Assembly (NCBI RefSeq): GCF_001194135.2
Contig: NC_068984.1
Span: forward strand, 63,759,908 to 63,802,413
DNA: 42,506 bases
Direction: 5' to 3'
Source: Octopus bimaculoides
Taxonomy: Eukaryota
The notes under the pieces were generated by a model that worked only from the letters and a program-made list of their open reading frames with translations, searched no databases and had not been told where the DNA came from. Shown here piece after piece: positions 35,672 to 42,506 of the stretch; positions within the stretch are counted from its first letter, which is position 1; the number at the start of each line of letters is the position of its first letter. The position numbers were made by a program, and so were the translations under genes.

Positions 35672-36460
35672 CACCGATAATTTTGTTCAACATTGGAAAT
35701 GTTAAGAAGAGCATGTGTTTTTAGCAAAAATAACATTTCCTTTTTTAATCTTGCGAGAAGTAAACTAGAAACTCTAGTTCCATATAAGACTGATATAAAA
35801 TCTTGGAGTATCAGATCTTTTACATATATTCCTCAAGGTATTTTCAATTCAGTGTTGATATCACCGATTAAGTTAACAATGTTTTGCATGTATCTTTTGA
35901 AGTTATGTTGTTGTACTGTACTAACATTTCTCATTCAACAACAATAATATAGATTCTGCTATGGTTAATATTTAGCAGGCAAAATAAAAGTGCAAATAAT
36001 TTGCATGATAAAAATGAGACTGAATGATTTTCTAGGTTCTGCAATGATATTCCCACTGAACCTTGTTTAGAAATGAAATATTTAACCATAGATTTGCATG
36101 GGAATTAAACATTTTTGTAACTAAATACTGTTTGAAATCTGGATTCATGCATTTTTATTATTTTCGAGAAATATCATGTAGAGCTATAATAGTCATATGC
36201 GCTGTAAACAGCAATTTATTGTGATATTGGGAGTATTGTGTTCAAGGTATTTCGATATCCTTATGTGTCTTCGGCCAAAGCCATCCACTGATAGTGCACC
36301 TAGCAAGTCTTTTTGGGTTTGTAGTTAAGTTCGGTAAACTCATTATTTACTAAATCACTTGTGTTAAGAACATAATTCTTTTATAAAGATGGAGAGTTTT
36401 CCTATAACAGAACGCAACACCGTTTACCATATTCACGTCTGTATCTTCCGGAGTATATTA
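35672..36460 (-). pseudogene. Unknown-family paralogue remnant P7 (both motif blocks)
   Basis: DVNMVNGVAFCY, frameshift, NYVLNTSDLVNNEFTELNYKPKKTC (vs P1 LVINICNSNFDDFIYIMPKQKGC). Then an ~88-codon frame with one stop (35934-35672): QNIVNLIGDINTELKIP*GIYVKDLILQDFISVLYGTRV. Confidence 0.55.
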
Positions 36461-37590
36461 AGAATGAATTAGTGTACATTTATACTGTGTAAACTACTAT
36501 ACTATAAATTAGTTTTCCTTCAAATGAGTCATAAAAGATATACAGAAATTGAAAACCCCCGATATATATATATATANNNNNNNNNNNNNNNNNNNNNNNN
36601 NNNNNNNNNNNNNNNNNNNNNNNNNNNNNNNNNNNNNNNNNNNNNNNNNNNNNNNNNNNNNNNNNNNNNNNNNNNNNNNNNNNNNNNNNNNNNNNNNNNN
36701 NNNNNNNNNNNNNNNNNNNNNNNNNNNNNNNNNNNNNNNNNNNNNNNNNNNNNNNNNNNNNNNNNNNNNNNNNNNNNNNNNNNNNNNNNNNNNNNNNNNN
36801 NNNNNNNNNNNNNNNNNNNNNNNNNNNNNNNNNNNNNNNNNNNTATATATATATATATATATATATTCCTTGATATATACGTGTGTGTGTGTGACAGGGA
36901 TGGGGATGTAAACAATACATTTTCACACTAATGGGTAATACTGAAAATAATTCAATTTATATAACTTATTTCTGATTATCACGTTTACCTACTTCGGCAA
37001 AATTTAAACATTCATAGTCAACAATATCTTAATGAATCTAATATTGTGATATTATGAGAAATTTATAGTGAGCGTACACTCTTATGTGCAAATGTACACA
37101 AAGTCAGAGATCAAAGAAAATGTTCGATAACATATTCAAGGGTGAATAGCAAACAAAATGCTTTCTAATTAAAGTGTCACGTTTTGCAGACAATAATATA
37201 TTTCTAACGGTAATATAGATTTTTTTTTTCAAATTCCGTAAACAAAGCCAGAATAGAGACTAAAACAATGCATAAAATTAAATGGTGCCGATTATATACA
37301 AGGTGCAAAATACCACTACTAATCATAGCACACACATATTGTAGCGATTATTTCAATTCAAGAGAACATAGAACGCTAAACCAAAACACTGCACATGTGC
37401 AATATACGAATATCTAAGACATACTGTGCAGTAACAGCAAGCAATGATATTATGACTGTAAACTTTTATTCACTTCTGGAACTTTGACTATTTCAGATAC
37501 CCTTGCATTTCTTTCATTTTCAATGCAAATCTCATCATGTTTTCTAAATTCCTCCAAAATAAATAATCGAGGTACTGCTCAAACTTACTT

Positions 37591-37591
<1 letters not shown>

Positions 37592-37656
<65 letters not shown>

Positions 37657-37657
37657 A

Positions 37658-37702
<45 letters not shown>
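37592..37702. repeat. (TAG)n trinucleotide microsatellite, ~37 units, one interruption
   Basis: Direct reading. It explains the poly-Thr ORF 37488-37757. Confidence 0.98.
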
Positions 37703-38421
37703 CGATGATGATGAAAATAACCCTGAAAGACAACAACAATTTCTCGCATTGAATCATAGGAAATTAGAACAAGTTACTAGAAAAATGAAGATCACAAAAG
37801 AAAAATTTTCCGTTTTCAAATACAAAATAGGGGATACAATAACAGATAATTAGGAAGAAAATGAAGAAACAACGGCAGGACAGTGAAACAGTTAAAATCT
37901 TATCTAAAATTTGAACTGGAGAACGTCATTATAAAACGGTGTAAAGAAAACCCAAAAGTGTGAAAATAGAAAAAAGTGTGAGCATCCTGAAAAATGTGAA
38001 AAAGATAAACACCAACAATTATTTAGAAGCATTAATAGTTTTACAATAGGAGATTGAGTGTATCAAAAGGCCGTTGCCTGTAGAATTACTTCGGGAAGAT
38101 CTCAAGTAATGTGTTTCATACCACAAGTCTATGGCTCACAGAAACAATTAGAAAATTCTCTCATTTCATATCATGGTGTATTTGCAGCTTTACTATTTTC
38201 AGATATTCCGGAACCTTCATTTTTCTGATTTTGTATGTTTCTACCTTTGTCTTTAAGTTTTAATTTTAGGGTGTGAAAATAGTTTTATATTTTTCCTCCT
38301 CACATAATAATTAGAAATGGGTGCAAAGTCTTGCTGTGGGTGGAGTTATGAATATAGTTGGTGTGGTTTTGTTTTGGTTGGCTGTTGGGTTTGTGTGCGT
38401 ATGTGTATGAGAGTGTGTGTA

Positions 38422-38458
<37 letters not shown>

Positions 38459-38619
38459 CTGTGTGTGTGTGCATGCGTGCGTAGGTTGTTTTTTCACTTC
38501 TGTATCCGTCGTTGTTGAGCGTTTTCTTTTTGTCACTGTGAAGGAAGTGATGGGTACGACAGTGTACTTCTTCTTGCGAATTTAGCGTTGTTTGAGATCG
38601 ATGTGGAGTTGCTGCTGTT

Positions 38620-39150
38620 TTATTTTGTATTTTTGACTAATTTCGTGTTTAATCAATTTCCCAAACCCCTCCTCATCAACAAGAAACTGTCAAAAGACAC
38701 TGAATTAGATATGGCCAAAGACACGTTGTCTTGTATTGGTATGTCTTCGTTTGTGCACGCAATAAAGGGTCATGATGCAAGAGAATTTTGGTATTGGATA
38801 TACCCTGAATTGAAAATGGTCAATAGTTCCAGATAGGTGAAGTGTTGGTTTTCTCTCTCTCTCTCTCTCCACAGTCACTCATAACTGTGCTCTAATCGGC
38901 ACGAAGATGATGTATGCTATCCTTTGCATACTGGTCCCTAATCAGTTTTCTCACCATGTTCATTTCAAATTTTGTACGCTTTGCATTATTCCAACATATC
39001 GCTTGCTAATATTCACCAGAGATCCCTAGTGAAACGTCTGGTATCGTTACATTTTGCTCCTGTTCTTCCAAATACGTGAGGAAGAGTGTAAAACCCTCGT
39101 TGCAGCGGACGATTACTGGATGTAGCACTGCGATAGATTTAATCTTGAAC
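38620..39150 (-). mobile_element. Decayed RTE-clade LINE reverse-transcriptase fragment
   Basis: Minus strand LIRDQYAKDS (cf. xxRDLLYADD) at ~38950 and ENQHFTYL (cf. VExFTYLGS) at ~38850. Heavily mutated. Confidence 0.5.
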
Positions 39151-39188
39151 AGGGGTCTAACGCATGGAAGTATTTCGCACAAAATGTA

Positions 39189-39790
39189 CAGTGTTTGGGC
39201 CAGATATTATAGTTACTTTCAAAGATAGAGAAAACTCAATATCCCAACAAATTTTGTTTTTAATCAATACATTTCAACTAAAATATGGCTGGAAAATAAT
39301 TTACTTCAACGTACCTACTCTCGGCTTCCACCAATGTCTCAAAACGGATCCGAAACATCCACCGTACCCTGCACCTACGGGATTGTAGTCCAGAGGAGAA
39401 TCAGGAGGCCAGAAATTGTGGCTGGGGAAGTCGTAGAAATTCTCAGAAAGCCACTCCTAAATCTGTCCAGGGTATGACAGAAGCTGATCCCTGCTGCAAC
39501 ACCTAAGGTATTCCAGCAGCAATTCTCTCCAGCTAGCGTTTGGCCAATATCCAGCACATTCACATTGACGATTGAATTAAGTTTAAGGCCTTTTTCGGGA
39601 GTGTAGGGGCGCATCACGTCACACTAATTTAAGATGCACGCAAAGACCTTCACATTTTGGGAGAACTTAATTTTCATGATGTCCGTATCACGTCTTACAG
39701 CCTTTCATTGTTTACAGGGCACTGGGCAGCATCATGTTGTCGTTATTTTGATAAACGGCGTTATTCACGATGATGCAGGTAACTCTTTTT
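39189..39790 (-). mobile_element. 3' half of a maT/DD37D-type transposon with terminal repeat and TA site
   Basis: KFSQNVKVFACI..DVMRPYTPEKGLKLNS..WLERIAAG..SASCHT..EWLSENFYDFPSHNFWPPDSPLDY..RFETLVEAES. Terminus TA|CAGTGTTTGGGC at 39187-39200. Confidence 0.85.
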
Positions 39791-39810
39791 CAATATACAG
39801 GTAGCTGAAT

Positions 39811-39950
39811 GTGGCGAGCTGGCAGAAACGTTAGCACGCCGGCGTAATGCTTAGTGGTATTTCTTCTGTCATTATGTACTGAGTTCAAATTCCAACGAGA
39901 TCGACTTTGCCTTTCATCTTTTCGGGGTCGATAAATTGAGTGTTAATTCA
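39811..39950 (+). mobile_element. 3'-truncated copy of the 14463/19086 SINE family
   Basis: GGCGAGCTGGCAGAAACGTTAGCACGCC...GAGTTCAAATTCC...GCCTTTCATCTTTTCGGGGTCGATAAATT. Confidence 0.9.
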
Positions 39951-40459
39951 TTCGTGGAGAAATGGATTTAGATCGCAGGGAATTTATTCAATTTACTCAT
40001 TGCAATTTCCATATTGTTCGTTAGCTATTAACACCAAAATGTTAAAGAAACATTCTGTTATAAAGAAAATTATAATTAATGCAATTATATAGTAATATGC
40101 ATATTTTACTTTAAATATATATACATTTATAACAATGATGCAATAGAATATGAAAAACACATAATTTGATATGTGTGATGTCAAAATATTTGTGTATTAC
40201 GTATATACCATTTATCAATTATATTTTAAATTTCAGAATATGTAATAAGAATTTAATTACTATTCACTTCATTAAATAGAATATTTGTAGAAAAAAACAG
40301 TGTGCGGAATAATATATAATAAACACTAATCAGTGCTGCATGCGGCAAGAACATATAATCAAGTCTTCACTTAGCTTTCTTTATTTTTCTATATCTCATA
40401 ACAATTATCTTCCATTTTTTTTTTCAAGAAATGACCAAATATGGAAGAACAACGTATGA

Positions 40460-41080
40460 TCTCTCACAGTGAAACAAGAAAGATGTAATAATCTACGAGA
40501 CGGGGTGAAAGAAACTGATATGAAAAATTAACGTCAAACAAATGCATCTTGATGTAAACAAGCGCTAGAACAACATTCTCATGAGCAAGGAAAATGCGTA
40601 TGTTAAAACACTATGAGCAACACAGACACACTCGAGAATAGCTTTATAGAGAGCAGCGATAAAGTATCTTGATTCAAAGGGCTGAACAACATGTTGAAGG
40701 GCAGTGTCAATGTATGTTGTTAGAAAATACTTAATTGTATAGAGAAGAACGGCATTAACTTGCTTGAAACAGCTTGAATAGATTTTTAATCAAGATGCGG
40801 GGCGAAATCGCCCAGCACACTGGTGACGTTCTCAGAAACAAAAACTTTTGTTTGTTTTTGCGATGATTTCTGTCAGTTCAAGAACAGATTAATGTTGCCG
40901 CAATATCAGAAAATATTTCTACTAAGTTAGATGTGGACAAAGGCAAACACTCCATATGATACAATTTCCCTATATAATATGAAGTCGGTTCGCTGTTAGA
41001 TGGCAAAGAGAGGAAACCGCATCAAACTAGACCTAGTAAGGAGTGTGTAGAGTAATAAATGACAAAGAGATATTTTCATG
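40460..41080 (+). mobile_element. Probable decayed pogo/Tigger-like transposase fragment
   Basis: LNRF*SRCG (cf. WLxRFKxRHG), FPIYN..(cf. IYNxDETGL) and KPHQTRPSKECVE**MTKR (cf. LPxKTLxxKGExCxGGKxSKER), in the expected order. Confidence 0.45.
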
Positions 41081-42057
41081 AAATTTTATTTAACAATAAG
41101 AATATTCTAATATCACGACAAATTGTTTCGTAACTTAAAAACATGTAAATACTATAAATTATAATTTATTTGTTATTTCTGTATATATGTATGTCTATAT
41201 ATACATATGGGTTTCCGCCCCGGCATCCGAATCTAAGAGTTTTATCATAGCTACCTAATAAGTATCACATATTTTACATATGTATATATATATATATATA
41301 TNNNNNNNNNNNNNNNNNNNNNNNNNNNNNNNNNNNNNNNNNNNNNNNNNNNNNNNNNNNNNNNNNNNNNNNNNNNNNNNNNNNNNNNNNNNNNNNNNNN
41401 NNNNNNNNNNNNNNNNNNNNNNNNNNNNNNNNNNNNNNNNNNNNNNNNNNNNNNNNNNNNNNNNNNNNNNNNNNNNNNNNNNNNNNNNNNNNNNNNNNNN
41501 NNNNNNNNNNNNNNNNNNNNNNNNNNNNNNNNNNNNNNNNNNNNNNNNNNNNNNNNNNNNNNNNNNNNNNNNNNNNNNNNNNNNNNNNNNNNNNNNNNNN
41601 NNNNNNNNNNNNNNNNNNNNNNNNNNNNNNNNNNNNNNNNNNNNNNNNNNNNNNNNNNNNNNNNNNNNNNNNNNNNNNNNNNNNNNNNNNNNNNNNNNNN
41701 NNNNNNNNNNNNNNNNNNNNNNNNNNNNNNNNNNNNNNNNNNNNNNNNNNNNNNNNNNNNNNNNNNNNNNNNNNNNNNNNNNNNNNNNNNNNNNNNNNNN
41801 NNNNNNNNNNNNNNNNNNNNNNNNNNNNNNNNNNNNNNNNNNNNNNNNNNNNNNNNNNNNNNNNNNNNNNNNNNNNNNNNNNNNNNNNNNNNNNNNNNNN
41901 NNNNNNNNNNNNNNNNNNNNNNNNNNNNNNNNNNNNNNNNNNNNNNNNNNNNNNATATATTTACCTATATAAATACATCTTTATATACAAATGTGTATGT
42001 ATACACATACGTATGTATATATAAATATATATGTAGCCAGAAATATTAGATAAATTT

Positions 42058-42323
42058 CTAACGTAGTACTTGATACACTCTGAATTCCAAAATATTCCTC
42101 AAATTGCTAATTAAAGACTTCTCCAATTCCAAATTTTGAAAGAAGGTTATTCTTACAGCAGTATTGTATATAAACGGTGAGGAATCTTTCATATGCTCAT
42201 TCGTAGACTGCATAAACACCTCTACATATACGCTACAGTTCCTTAAATCGTTTAACTCGTTCCCACTCAATATAAATGAATATTCATACAGAAGCAGTGC
42301 AAACTCTGCATTGTTGTCCATTC
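42058..42323 (-). pseudogene. Unknown-family paralogue P8: uninterrupted ~87-aa frame carrying the C-terminal motif block
   Basis: MDNNAEFALLLYEYSFILSGNELNDLRNCSVYVEVFMQSTNEHMKDSSPFIYNTAVRITFFQNLELEKSLISNLRNILEFRVYQVLR. The upstream part is lost in a microsatellite and the window edge, so it could be an intact exon. Confidence 0.6.
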
Positions 42324-42475
42324 TTATATATGTGTGCTTGCATAAATACGGAGACACAGACACACAAACATATACACACAGACAGACACACATAGCAAAA
42401 TGCTTATTATTCACACACTTGCACATACAAATATATATATATATGTGTGTGCGGGGGGGGGTGCATATACATATG

Positions 42476-42506
<31 letters not shown>

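Noticed and set aside
37488-37757. Poly-threonine, mucin-like ORF
   Set aside because: It is the reverse strand of a (TAG)n microsatellite with no other coding support.
8132-41972. Long ORFs containing X runs or YI/CV/HT dipeptide repeats (8.1-8.7, 19.4-19.8, 30.3-31.0, 35.1-35.7, 36.5-36.9, 41.3-42.0 kb)
   Set aside because: They are artefacts of N gaps and TA/TG/CA microsatellites, which lack stop codons.

Overview
AT-rich eukaryotic non-coding DNA, dense in (TA)n/(TG)n/(TATG)n microsatellites, with eight N gaps. The repeat families resemble those I recall from Octopus/coleoid cephalopod genomes (recollection, not a search). I can support no intact protein-coding gene, rRNA, tRNA or CRISPR array, and most ORF-track entries are microsatellite or gap artefacts. 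Recognisable transposons: a ~1.3 kb DD34D mariner nested precisely inside an R4/Dong-like LINE, a second R4-like fragment, a HERO/R2-group LINE fragment, RTE-, pogo- and Penelope-like remnants, two DD37D (maT)-like fragments, four tRNA-type SINEs (two with clear target-site duplications, TSDs) and a hAT MITE. Most interesting signal: eight or nine disrupted reading frames spaced every 3-7 kb on both strands share by-eye protein motifs, suggesting a tandem cluster of strongly diverged, largely pseudogenised paralogues of a family I cannot name. Also present are a duplicated motif module with terminal inverted repeats (promoter/first exon or MITE), a 1.5 kb long inverted repeat and a palindromic element. 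All homology calls are manual alignments and need HMM/BLAST confirmation.
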